Shown piece after piece: positions 27,859-38,400 of a DNA stretch of 64,000 bases. The notes beneath the pieces were generated by a model. It was not told the DNA's origin. It searched no databases and saw nothing but the letters and a program-made list of their open reading frames with translations. Origin of the DNA: Candidatus Latescibacterota bacterium (GTDB lineage: Bacteria > Latescibacterota > UBA2968); assembly GCA_965208125.1 (NCBI GenBank), contig OZ242320.1, forward strand, positions 5,088,001-5,152,000, given 5' to 3'. A program made the translations under genes and the position numbers. Positions within the stretch are counted from its first letter, which is position 1. Every line of letters starts with the position of its first letter.

Positions 27859-28209
27859 ATGAAATATTTAATCACTATTGCCCTGTGTATCATTTTATGT
27901 GCATTAATCCTCATGATGGCCTGTTCTGCACCCCCCGATGGCAAAACTGTATTTATCGAATCGGGTTGTGCAAGATGCCATGAAATCAATGGCTCTGGCA
28001 GTTCTCAGGCACCGCAATTAGAGGGCTTACAAAGCAAGTGGACACCCGAGTCACTAGAAGAATTTCTGATTGATCCCCCGGCTTATGCAAAAGATAATGC
28101 CCGATTGCTGGCGTATCAAAAACAATACCCAACGCCAATGCCCAGACTTGAAATCGCACCTGCACGGCGAAAAATACTCGTCCAATATCTCCTTAAAAGG
28201 TATCCATGA
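27859..28209 (+). CDS. Monoheme cytochrome c, probable lipoprotein
   Basis: Hydrophobic N-terminus with MMAC lipobox-like site, CARCH heme motif, distal PTPMP methionine. Confidence 0.85.
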   Translation: MKYLITIALCIILCALILMMACSAPPDGKTVFIESGCARCHEINGSGSSQAPQLEGLQSKWTPESLEEFLIDPPAYAKDNARLLAYQKQYPTPMPRLEIAPARRKILVQYLLKRYP

Positions 28210-28526
28210 AAAATCAGATTGCCAAAAAATACGAGCGGATCTACAGAGAAGTTGCCAAAATACCCGAAGGAACTGTGGCAACTTATGGGCAGATTGCCGA
28301 GCGGGTTGGGTGTGGACCACGCGAAGTGGGCAGGGCACTATCGGAATTGCCACCCTACACATCCTGTCCTTGGCATCGGGTCATCAATGCGCGAGGGATG
28401 GTGTCCATTCGCAGTGGAAATCACATGGCACATCACGACCAGGAAGCTCGCCTCGAACGAGAAGGCATCGTATTTGTCAATGGCCGCGTCGATCTCGAAA
28501 TTTACAGGTGGGAGGCAGATTTTTAA
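28206..28526 (+). CDS. Alkyltransferase-like (ATL/MGMT family) DNA-binding protein
   Basis: IPEGTVATYGQIA, REVGRAL, PWHRVIN (W in place of the catalytic C); ATGA overlap with the cytochrome gene. Confidence 0.88.
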   Translation: MKNQIAKKYERIYREVAKIPEGTVATYGQIAERVGCGPREVGRALSELPPYTSCPWHRVINARGMVSIRSGNHMAHHDQEARLEREGIVFVNGRVDLEIYRWEADF

Positions 28527-28571
28527 GGCCTGAAATGGAATATCTCTGGCAAGACCGTGCAAATTTGTTTA

Positions 28572-28600
28572 TTGACAAGGGTACCAGGTTTTTTTATCAT
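28572..28600 (+). promoter_or_regulatory. Sigma70 promoter of HU gene
   Basis: TTGACA, 17 bp, TATCAT. Confidence 0.7.
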
Positions 28601-28656
28601 TCACACTCTTGATAAAGCACAGGAGAACGTCTGGAAATACAGAGAAAGGGGATGCG

Positions 28657-28950
28657 GTGACCAAAGCTGATATTGTCAATCAGATTGCCGAAGCTACGGG
28701 ATTGACCAAAACAGATACCTCTGTCGTTGTAGAGGGCTTTCTCGCCTCGCTCATTGCGGCAATGGAGCAGGGCGAACACGTCGAAATTCGCGGTTTTGGC
28801 ACGTTTAAAATCGTTCACCGCGCACCGCGCACAGGCCGCAATCCCAAAACGGGTGAGGTTGTCAAAATTCCCTCGCGGGCAATGCCCGTGTTCAAGCCCT
28901 CACGCGAACTGCGTAATTCTATTGCGGTTTCTGTTCTTCCATCCAGCTAA
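28657..28950 (+). CDS. HU/IHF family DNA-binding protein
   Basis: GTG start after AAAGGGG; TKADIV, VEIRGFGTF, RTGRNPKTGE, PVFKPS. Confidence 0.95.
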   Translation: MTKADIVNQIAEATGLTKTDTSVVVEGFLASLIAAMEQGEHVEIRGFGTFKIVHRAPRTGRNPKTGEVVKIPSRAMPVFKPSRELRNSIAVSVLPSS

Positions 28951-29150
28951 TGCACCTACAGGAGGTAGCTCTTGCCCAGCGGAAAAAAGCGCAAACGCGC
29001 AAAAATCGCAACGCACAAGCGAAAAAAAAGGCGTCGAAGAGACCGACACAAAAAGAAGATCTAAAGGCGATATACTACACTGGTATTATGGATTTAGCCC
29101 CTGACCTTGGACCTGGATATGCCGACGTTTTCAGTCACAAACGGCTGTGA
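28950..29150 (+). CDS. Small basic hypothetical protein
   Basis: TAATG coupling to the HU stop; Lys/Arg-rich N-half. No family recognised. Confidence 0.4.
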   Translation: MHLQEVALAQRKKAQTRKNRNAQAKKKASKRPTQKEDLKAIYYTGIMDLAPDLGPGYADVFSHKRL

Positions 29151-29214
29151 TACACTCTGGCATAGACCATGAAGCAGGGGCCTATCCATAGTCTGCCTGT
29201 TAGGGAGGTCATCT

Positions 29215-29291
29215 GCGGCATTAGCTCAGTTGGATAGAGCACTGGTCTCCGGAACCAGAGGTCACAGGTTCGAATCCTGTATGTCGCACCA
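29215..29291 (+). tRNA. tRNA-Arg (CCG)
   Basis: GCGGCAT/ATGTCGC acceptor stem, AGCTCAGTTGGATAGAGC, CTGGT-CTCCGGA-ACCAG anticodon arm, GGTTCGAATCC, CCA. Confidence 0.96.
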
Positions 29292-29296
29292 CAACC

Positions 29297-29338
29297 AATG
29301 GGGCGAGAGTCACAAACGACTCTCGCCCCATTTTTTTG
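29297..29338 (+). terminator. Intrinsic terminator after tRNA-Arg
   Basis: AATGGGGCGAGAGTC-ACAAAC-GACTCTCGCCCCATT followed by a T-tract. Confidence 0.85.
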
Positions 29339-29366
29339 TATCACTTCGCTACGCCTATGCGTCTAT

Positions 29367-30335
29367 CTACCTTATCAGATCCCGCAACTTCTGAATAAGC
29401 GCGTCCAAACCTTGCCCCGTGACAGAGGAAATTCCCATATCTGTTTGACCTTGAAAAAATGGACCCTTGCGTTGTTCCGGCGGCAACAAGTCCAGTTTGG
29501 TGGCAATAAGCATCGTGGGTTTCTCGCGTAATTTGGGACTGAAACGGTCGAGTTCTTCTTTGAGAACCGCCAAATCGTATTCGGGATTGGGGCTGGCGAC
29601 ATCGACCATAAAAAGGAGAACCCGCGTGCGTTCAATATGGCGCAAAAATTGGAACCCAAGCCCTTTGCCCCGATGTGCCCCTTCAATCAGGCCCGGAATA
29701 TCTGCCATAACAAAGCTATCGTAATCACCGCATTTGACAATGCCCAGATTGGGTTGCAGGGTCGTAAAAGGGTAATCGGCAATTTTGGGTTGCGCCGCAG
29801 AAATTCTGGATAGAAGGGTCGATTTACCTGCATTTGGGTGACCGACCAGACCGACATCGGCGATGAGTTTGAGCTCGAGTTCCAGATGGCGTTCTCGCCC
29901 CGCTTCTCCGGGCTGAACATACTCTGGCGCTCTATTTGTCGATGTGGCAAAACGCGCATTTCCACGACCGCCTCGACCGCCCTCAATCAAAACAACGCGC
30001 TGACCGGGTTCGGTCAAATCCGCGAGAATCTCGCCTGTTTCTGTATCCTTGATGAGCGTGCCAACCGGCACGGGAATTTCAGCATCGTCACCCCGTCGTC
30101 CCGCTCTCTTTTGGCCCGACCCATGTTCTCCCTGCCCTGCCCTCAAGTGTTGTCGATACCGGTAATCGAGCAGTGTGGAAAGGCGCGGGTCCGATATAAA
30201 GACGACATCTCCTCCATTGCCGCCATCGCCGCCATCTGGCCCTCCTCGCGGCACATGCTTTTCTCGGCGAAAGCTTTTGCATCCATTGCCGCCGCTGCCC
30301 GAACGGGCATAAATTCTAGTTAGATCGATAAACAT
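29367..30335 (-). CDS. obgE: GTPase ObgE/CgtA
   Basis: GSGGNG..SFRREK.VPRGGPDGGDGG, DVGLVGHPNAGKST, YPFTT, DIPG, TKLD. Confidence 0.97.
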   Translation of the reverse strand: MFIDLTRIYARSGSGGNGCKSFRREKHVPRGGPDGGDGGNGGDVVFISDPRLSTLLDYRYRQHLRAGQGEHGSGQKRAGRRGDDAEIPVPVGTLIKDTETGEILADLTEPGQRVVLIEGGRGGRGNARFATSTNRAPEYVQPGEAGRERHLELELKLIADVGLVGHPNAGKSTLLSRISAAQPKIADYPFTTLQPNLGIVKCGDYDSFVMADIPGLIEGAHRGKGLGFQFLRHIERTRVLLFMVDVASPNPEYDLAVLKEELDRFSPKLREKPTMLIATKLDLLPPEQRKGPFFQGQTDMGISSVTGQGLDALIQKLRDLIR

Positions 30336-30357
30336 GGGAAAATTGAGCGAACTAACG

Positions 30358-31119
30358 CTATGTTGCGGACTCTGCCTGTGCGCTGCTATTTCTCAAAAGC
30401 AGGGCCTCTTCAATGGGGATATGTTCATCTGCGCTGTTGATGAGATCCCTCGCCGTATTGTAGGTAAAAGAAATGACTTCAACACGCGGTCCCAGGGTTT
30501 TAACGAGTTCGACCAGAGGTACAAAATCACCATCGCCACTTACGAGAACAACGACATCGAGTTTATCGACAAATCTCACGATATCAATGGCCATGCCCAT
30601 GTCCCAATCGCCTTTGGCCGATCCATCACTGCGCTGCCGCAAATCTTTTCTTTTTACTTCGTAGCTCTTTTGCTGGAGCATCGAGATAAAGTTACTCTGA
30701 TCAACATCCGGCGATTGCACCACATAGGCGATAGCGCGGATTAAGCGGCGTTTGCCCACACTGAATTCCAGAAGTTTTTCAAAATCGAGACGCGCATTAA
30801 ATGGTTTTGCGGCATAAAAGATATTCTGCACATCGACAAATATTCCAACCCGCAATTCGGTCGGGGAAATAGCTATACGCCGATCTAATCGGGCGCCAGC
30901 ATTGGCCTGTAGATCGGCGATATTTTTCTGGATTTCATCGAGAATAGAAAAAATTTCTCGGCGTTCTCGCGCACCGCTAATAGCTTCTTTATAAACTCTG
31001 TTCTTAATCTCGCGAAGGTCCCGGATTGCAGCCTGTGCTATAGTCATCTGATCTAATTTTTGCTCGATACGCGCTATGGTTTCTTGTATTTGTACAATCT
31101 GATCGTTAAAGTCTGCCAT
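30358..31119 (-). CDS. NYN-domain (LabA/DUF88) protein with N-terminal coiled coil
   Basis: GIFVDVQNIFY, KGDWDMGMAID, LVSGDGDFVPL. Confidence 0.88.
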   Translation of the reverse strand: MADFNDQIVQIQETIARIEQKLDQMTIAQAAIRDLREIKNRVYKEAISGARERREIFSILDEIQKNIADLQANAGARLDRRIAISPTELRVGIFVDVQNIFYAAKPFNARLDFEKLLEFSVGKRRLIRAIAYVVQSPDVDQSNFISMLQQKSYEVKRKDLRQRSDGSAKGDWDMGMAIDIVRFVDKLDVVVLVSGDGDFVPLVELVKTLGPRVEVISFTYNTARDLINSADEHIPIEEALLLRNSSAQAESAT

Positions 31120-31122
31120 TTG

Positions 31123-31980
31123 TTATGAAGTCTCCGATATCATTAGTTTGTGTAACCCTGCACCAAAGGCAAGGGCAAATCTGTTCGCGTGTCCAAGTTT
31201 TGCGCGATCTCGTTTTGGCAACTGCGCGGTATCTATACCGCGAAATATTGGATGTTCTGCAAGGCTGAGATGGGCTGGCGAATCAAGCGCCGGTATGTCC
31301 CCGGATAGATAAACTTGTTTGCAGGTGCGGTGTGGAGAACTGGCGAGAGAGAGCCAGCGTTGTAAATTTGAAGAATCAGGACCTGCTGTTTCAACACCGA
31401 TTAAAATACCATTTTCAACGGAAATATAAAAAGATCCAGCAGGCTCTCTGTAAACAGCCATCTGCCTACCCGACTTCCAGACGCCAGCGGGTAGTCCCGT
31501 ACAAAATAAGGCCAGCGGAGCAACGGAGAGATGCATGCGGGTTTCGCCCAGTGCAGAGCACAGGGTTTCGTATGCGTCAATCACTCCGTTGCGTACTGCG
31601 ATCCAAAAAGCCACACGCCCTATCGGAATAAAGTCGATTGCGCTATCGTCAACAGGAGAAATGAGTGCCTGCGATGCTTCCCACAAAATATGCTCGCGGA
31701 GGTCTTCTTTTCCCGCGACTTCAAGAGGAACTTTTTGAATGTGATACAGGCCACCCGAAAGACAAAAAGAAAGTGTGCCGAGCGGTTTTGACAAAAGTTC
31801 AAGTGCTTGCCCCAATTCCTCAACAAAGGATTCAGGTACTTCTTTTTGAGGATCAAAATCAAACACCTCCGATACACGTTGGTTAATCAGACCCCTGAGA
31901 TAATACGCATTGTCCAATTTTTCAAGGTGAGCCACGCGTAGTATATTGCCCGAAATATGAATGCCCGTCGCTGTATTCAT
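31123..31980 (-). CDS. Hypothetical protein, remotely PilM/actin-fold-like
   Basis: GIHISGNILRVAHL start, WEASQ, APLAL, VYLSGD, FALAFGAGL resemble the PilM pattern; degenerate. Confidence 0.5.
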   Translation of the reverse strand: MNTATGIHISGNILRVAHLEKLDNAYYLRGLINQRVSEVFDFDPQKEVPESFVEELGQALELLSKPLGTLSFCLSGGLYHIQKVPLEVAGKEDLREHILWEASQALISPVDDSAIDFIPIGRVAFWIAVRNGVIDAYETLCSALGETRMHLSVAPLALFCTGLPAGVWKSGRQMAVYREPAGSFYISVENGILIGVETAGPDSSNLQRWLSLASSPHRTCKQVYLSGDIPALDSPAHLSLAEHPIFRGIDTAQLPKRDRAKLGHANRFALAFGAGLHKLMISETS

Positions 31981-32426
31981 GGCGTACTCATCGTAAGGTG
32001 CGGACGCAAGCGCTCGAGGGTTTTGGGACCAATTCCTCTGACCTTTGTAATATCGTCAACCCGCTTAAATGCCCCATTCTTTTCGCGATAGGCCACAATG
32101 CGTCCCGCAATTTGAGGCCCAATACCGTGCAAACGTTCAAACTCTTTTGCAGTTGCCGAGTTGATATCGATCAATTCTCTAACCTGGGGAACATCTTCTT
32201 TCGGCGATGGAACTTCCACCGGACTCTGCCTATGTGTTAGAGAAGTAACCGGAAAAACTTCTGCCTTTTCTTCTGGCGATGGGACTTCCACGGCATTCTT
32301 GCGCACCTCAAAGTCGGGAATGCTATCCGGATCTTTACTGTCGAGATAACGGATAACAATCCCCACAATAAGAACGCAGCAAAGCAGGAATAAGATAATT
32401 TGTTCGTTGCGGTTAAAAGTGAACAT
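31977..32426 (-). CDS. comEA: ComEA-family helix-hairpin-helix DNA-binding protein
   Basis: N-terminal TM; IDINSAT..EFERLHGIGPQIAGRIVAYR...F.RVDDITKVRGIGPKT. Confidence 0.85.
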   Translation of the reverse strand: MFTFNRNEQIILFLLCCVLIVGIVIRYLDSKDPDSIPDFEVRKNAVEVPSPEEKAEVFPVTSLTHRQSPVEVPSPKEDVPQVRELIDINSATAKEFERLHGIGPQIAGRIVAYREKNGAFKRVDDITKVRGIGPKTLERLRPHLTMSTP

Positions 32427-32438
32427 AGAAAAGTCCAA

Positions 32439-35400
32439 TTACTGAAATCCGATTTCACCCCAGAATCGAAAATCCCAGGTCACATTAGTAAGCCCATCTC
32501 GCAGGTGGTCTATACGCCGTTCATGGCGAAAAGTAGTACCACCCGTAAATCGCGAGCTAAAGTTATATTGCGTACCAAGGCTGACAGACCAGGATGTCGA
32601 ATCTTGACGGGTAATGGGTTCGGCGGGCACATCGGGTTCGGCACTTCGGGGCATTTCGGTTTGCCTATTGAAAGTGTTCGAAAAAGAAAGCGTGAGATCG
32701 AGATTGCGCTGCAATCTGCCGCGCAGTGAATAGCGCACATCTGCTTGCAATGAGCCGCTTTCCGTCAAAGTGGTTCCAAGCAGGCGGTCGGCAAGAGTCG
32801 GTTGGACAGAAGTCGTATCGACAGTTACATTGCGCTGGTAGCGGATTTCATCGTTGCTACTTTGTCGGCGGCTAAATGTCGTATTCACCGCGCCTTTCCA
32901 GCGCGCGCTCCACTGAAAAAGTGGATTGAAGGATATTTCTTTGGCATCGCTTGTCAGATAAAGCGGCGAGAGACTGAGGCTGCCATCACCCCGTCGGGTG
33001 CGCGATTCCTGGTACCCAAAACTGGCATTGGAATTGTCCCAGAACCAGCCGATCAAAGGCACGCGCTCAAGCCCGCGCCAACTCGCGTCAAATTTGGGAA
33101 AGACGACCTGATCGTCTTTGCCGAGTGTATTGCCCGTGCGTTCGTTTTCGGAATAATTGGCAGAAGTGTTGAAATTCAAGCCCAGAGGCAACCGAATACC
33201 ACTGGATACCTGCGTCTGTCTTCGCACATTGATAGCATTGGTTCTCGTTCCCGAACTCGTGGTTACAATGGGGACCTGGACCGTATCTTGAAAGCCAAAT
33301 TGATAGGCCAATGAAGGGCGGGCTGTGAGGCCAAACAAATTATTTGATTTATTTTGAGAAACACTGCTCGTCACATTTTGAAGACGGCCGCCCACTTTCC
33401 CAACCCATTCCAAAATGGAAAAACCACCGTCTTTGCCGGATCTGCGCGTCCAGCGTTGAAACAAACCGGGCAGATTGAGATTGACACGCGCATTCGCCGT
33501 CTGCTGGCTATTGACAGTAAGGCCGCGCCGGATGCTGCCGTACTGCACGCGCTCCCCACCGATTTCAAAGCGATCCGTGTACGAGGCCGAATACGACGGA
33601 TTTACGGTGATCCAGTTGGAAAAACGCGGTGTAAATCTTAAGTTGAGCGATTGGTTGCGCGATATTTCGCGTCCAAATTGGAGTTGGGTGAGGGCATATC
33701 CATTTCGCAAATCGCGGTTGATGGTGAGCGAATAATCGGCATTTAGACTGCGAAATGGCGAGAGTTTGATAGCGTAACTTTCGGTCAGATTGAAGGTTTC
33801 TCGCACCGTATCAATCACATTTGAAGTGTCGCCAGCAATAGCGCGAAATGAGGTTTGATCCGACACGCCACGATTAAAACGCAGGTTGTAATTGATACTG
33901 GTGGGCAGGTAAAAAAACTGCGCCTCTTTGAGCGGTTTGTAAAAGGGCAACCACTTGAAAATAGCGAAAGCTTTGCGTTGAGACCACGCCTGATTATAGG
34001 TCATGTTGCCGTTTAAGTTCTCGTTCTGGCTTCGCCTGCGCTGTGTAATCGCACCCGTAGTCGATGCATCAGAACTATAGTTGAGTGACGTGGAGGCTTT
34101 GTCAAAAAAAATGCGAGACAGCAAGCTCGGATCTTCGCGGGCAGGTCGCTTTCTCAGCGAAATGGTAAAGCGCGTCTGAGAGCGTATATCGCTTTCGTTG
34201 ATTTTTTGTTCGGGAGTGAGCACAATGTCCGATCCCGGGCGTATGCGGGGGCTTGATGTAAAGCGGTTATAGCTAAATCGGGCGGGTATAGAAGTATTCC
34301 ATTCTTTGGGGAAAAATTTGTCGATGTTGAGCTGGCTGTCAAAGTTGAAGCGCGTAGTGGTATTGCCCAAAGCCCTGCCTTGCAAGTCTTGAAAATCGCC
34401 GCTTCGGCGTTCCAGGTTGACTGTTAAATTGCCCAGATCGGCGAGGGTTATGCGTGTATCAGCCAGGGCAGACAAGGCGGGTTTTTTGCGGATTTCATCA
34501 ACGCGCAATTCGTCTATCCATATCTCGTTCTCACCCATGAGAATCTCATCACCGCGGTTGCGAATCCCCATGGTAAAGGCGCTAATCGCAGACAACGCGG
34601 GATTGCCGCGCACAATATAGGTGCGACCATCCACGTCAATCTCTATGCGACTGCCCTCCTGGTCATATTGGGCGAGAAAATCGCCGTCACGAAGCGACAC
34701 ACTAACGGTATCAGATGCTTGCTCGATGGATTGAAGGTCGAGCAACTGACCTTTGAGTTGCGACATGATCTCGAGGTCTAAACGGACGGTATTGGTTTCT
34801 TCTGCCCAGCCTCGATAAACCCGCGAGCGGTATTCGTAAAAGTTGAGAGAATCGTCATTGATGGGGGAAAATCGCATGAAAAATTCGATGGGACTGGGGC
34901 CAGTGCTCACGGAATCTACAGCGTCTAAAAAATTGGTGTTATACGTTGGATCAGCCGGGTTTCCGCCGTGCAAAAACAGCGTCATAACGCCGTATTCCGT
35001 ATAGTTCTCTCCATTGGCAAAGCTGCGGGACGCAGAGATGGATTCGCCGGGGTAGAGATCGACAAATTCAAGCACCAGAGAATTTTCAGACAAACGAATA
35101 CCCGTGGTGGGGTCTATTTCTTCATCGAGACCCGGAGGGGATTTGTAAAGGGGATTGTTTGTGCCAATAGTCGAAACCTGAAAATCGCCAGATGACTGTC
35201 CGACAGCGACCGGATCTTCCTGCCATTCGCTGCCAGTTGCGCCAAAAGTATAGATTTCGACAGATGTGGTGTCGTTGTGTTCCAGCCAGACGCGCACAAA
35301 GCTAATCGCGCTGGCAAATGTGGTATCGGGACTGCCTTCAAAGGTGCGGGGCGCGTCTTGTCCTTTGAGGGGAATGCGCAATAAACGCCACGGGGGATCC

Positions 35401-38400
35401 GTAACACCTTCGGGGAAGAGATTGGATTCAGTGCCGGGTACAAGCGTAGATGGGCCGGTAAATGTGCCCGATACAGGGGACACGCCCCGATTGCTGGACA
35501 AATCGACGCTGTATCGGATAAAACTTTCGCGCTGATCGAGAAAACCATTGCCGTTGAGATCTTCGGTATCGGGTCGAGATTGGCGCTCCGCTCTGTTGCC
35601 CTCTGTTCCGTTTAGGCCAGATGGATAGCGACGCAGGATATCCGTCGTGTTTTGATCCACGTCTTCAAAATTATCTCCCGAAGGATCGCTGGGCACAGTT
35701 ACACCTGGAAATATTTTTCGAAAAACCTCTGCTTCTTCGGCATCGGTCAATCCATCCAGACCAATATCCTCTTCTTCGACAACGATATCGTCTCCTGTGA
35801 GCAAGCCGCCGATGGGTTTGTCCTCTGTGCGGAAGCCACTCGGAAAACGCTCTCGATCATCTGGATCATTGTACATGGGATGATCAAGGGGCAGAAGGAC
35901 GCGCTCGGATACATCGCCCAAATCGATGTGCAGATGCCCGTCGTCTCCCCGAATCCAGAGTTCGAGAAATTTAGACCGCGACAAATCGGGAATATCGACA
36001 TATCGCATAATACCCGCCCATGATTGTTGGGGAATGCCTCTTTCGTTATTCTGCGAGCGAATGGGAAATCCATTGCTACGCGCGGGATCAAACCGCAGTC
36101 TGAGAACATCGACAATGTCTTGTTCCGCGGTTATGTCTGTGCGGGCGGGCCAAATTCGTGAAAGAGATGCCCTGTCGCGGTCAATGGGATTATACCACGT
36201 AAGCCGCCCTTGTGGCAATGTGAGCGATCCGTTGTTGCGAACGGGAACACTCGCACGATTCCACCCAATTTTTCCAATCCCCAATGGCGTACTCTTCAAA
36301 ACACCTTCAAAATCATCGATATAGGCCACATTTTTGGTATTGGGATTTGGCAAACTCTGCGCGATTTCAAAGTCCATGTCGATAGAAGACGGGGCCTGCG
36401 TATTCACAAGAGGAATTGAGTTGACGAGGTCGCTCAACAGTTTGGGTTGCATCCGAAAGCGCGCATTGGCATCCCACAAAATAGTGCGCGTGGGTTCCTG
36501 CCCAACCCGCACGCGCGGCGTGGCGGTACTTTGACTGCCGTAGAGCAAGGTCATGCCAATAAGTGAATACTGATCGTCAAAAGGCCGCTCGAGACGCAGG
36601 CCCAAAAGGCTTTTAGACGATTGCCCCAAACCACCAAATGGATTTTTGGTTTGATACGATATGTCCAATTCTGACGAGGGGTCTGCAACCAGGTCTTCTG
36701 CTTCGCCAATAAATTTCAAACGGCCTATCTGGTAATTTATTGTGTAGTCTTCATCGCGTCTTAAGGTTCGGTTGTTCAGGCGCACGACTTCGCTGTCTTG
36801 AACCAGTCCCGCAAATCCGCCGAGGTTGAATTCGGTCGATTTGCTCGTCGAACGCACCCGAATAACATACCGCCCTGCTTCCTGTCGGTTGGTCACATTG
36901 GTTTCGTTGTAAATGCCCGGCACGCGCACCTCGAGGTCGGGTGCCCCCAAACCCTCCTCGCCAAAAGGCTCGAGAAAGGGAAAAACGAGATGCCCTCTGG
37001 GGAGGTTCAGGCCGGGGATCTGATTCCCCGTACCTATATCGATGAGTCCATCTGGAGGAGAAGATTCAGAAGAGCGGTTGGTGTGCCGGTCGAGTCCAAA
37101 AATCTGAAGGAATGGCATGCCTTCCTGATTATTCTGTTCACTTTCACCCGGCACCTTGCGATAGATATCGACGAACAGACCCGTTTGATCGATGTTGCGC
37201 CCGCCGAGGCTATAGACATTGCGCCACGCAAGTCTCCATGTTGGGTCTGTGGGGCGCTGTTGTCTGGCTTTGATGAGCTTGAGTTGAATTTTTTTGTCGG
37301 GATTTCCCGGTTCGGGAATAAATTGTATATCACCAAAATTTTCACCCGACGCGGTTTGATAAGCCACCGCAAGCGTGTAGCCCCGCGAAATCTGACCTCG
37401 GTCATGGATGAGATAGCCTTCGGGTAAAGCCGTAAAATCGGTGGGGTCAAGTTCGTGAAATGTACCTTCTTCAACGCCCTTGTCAACACCACGCGAAGCC
37501 GCTTCATCGGGCGCCCCATTATTCCAGGCGAAGTATGCAACGCCGGGAATGGCCGAGTCTTCGAGGTCGTTTTGCGCATTGTAGTCGTTTATGAATATGC
37601 GCACGCTTTGTTCATTGACGAGATCGCCCGGCGCTGGAAGCCAGCCGTTGCGAAAATTTTCTCGATAAGCGTTATCGAGAAAAAAGTAGGTGTTTTCGAC
37701 GTATCTGTAATCGTGAATTTCGTCGGATCTTTCTTGCCCCTGGCCCGTAAAGGTTTGGCGATCGCTCGACGATTTGTCTTGAGACGTGACAACCGTAAAA
37801 TTGATGGCGCCAACCCGCCCCCGCGTTTTGATGCCAAACAGCCCACCTCTGTTGCCGCCGCTAAATCCAATCAGGCGCGTACCGGGCAACGCCAACGACG
37901 TGTTGCCCGCTTCTATGGTTTCAATAATGCCGTCTTCATCACCTGTGTATTGCAGGCGCAGGCCCTCGGCCAAATCAAAGCCTTGTCGCTCGCTATTTTG
38001 CTCCAATGAAACCATGATCCGATCGCCAATGGTGCCTTCAACAGTGAGTTGGGCCTCTTGCTCAAAATTGATAGTGGGAAAGCGAGATGTGCGCGTGTGA
38101 ATCGCTTGCGCCTCTCCCAAAGTGTATTGCGAGAGACCCGACAATTCGATGCGGCGATGCCCCCTGATGGTGAGATTAGCTGCCCCTTCACCAGTAATAG
38201 CACTCAAACGCTGGGGAACGCGAATCGGAATTTTGACATCAATCAATCCCTCGCCTTCTCTATCGTCATCCATGCGGCCTCCCAATCGCTCTAGTGCAAG
38301 GCGACGGGTATCATGGTGGAACTTGTAACGCATAAAGTCGCTTAGACTGATAATCACCGGAAGGCCATAAGGCGCACCACCCAGATCGCGGAACACCATC

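Noticed and set aside
29292-29366. Possible integration site at tRNA-Arg
   Set aside because: Followed directly by a terminator and obgE; no foreign DNA.
30358-31119. NYN protein as a defence or toxin gene
   Set aside because: LabA/DUF88-like and embedded in a housekeeping operon, with no antitoxin or defence neighbours.
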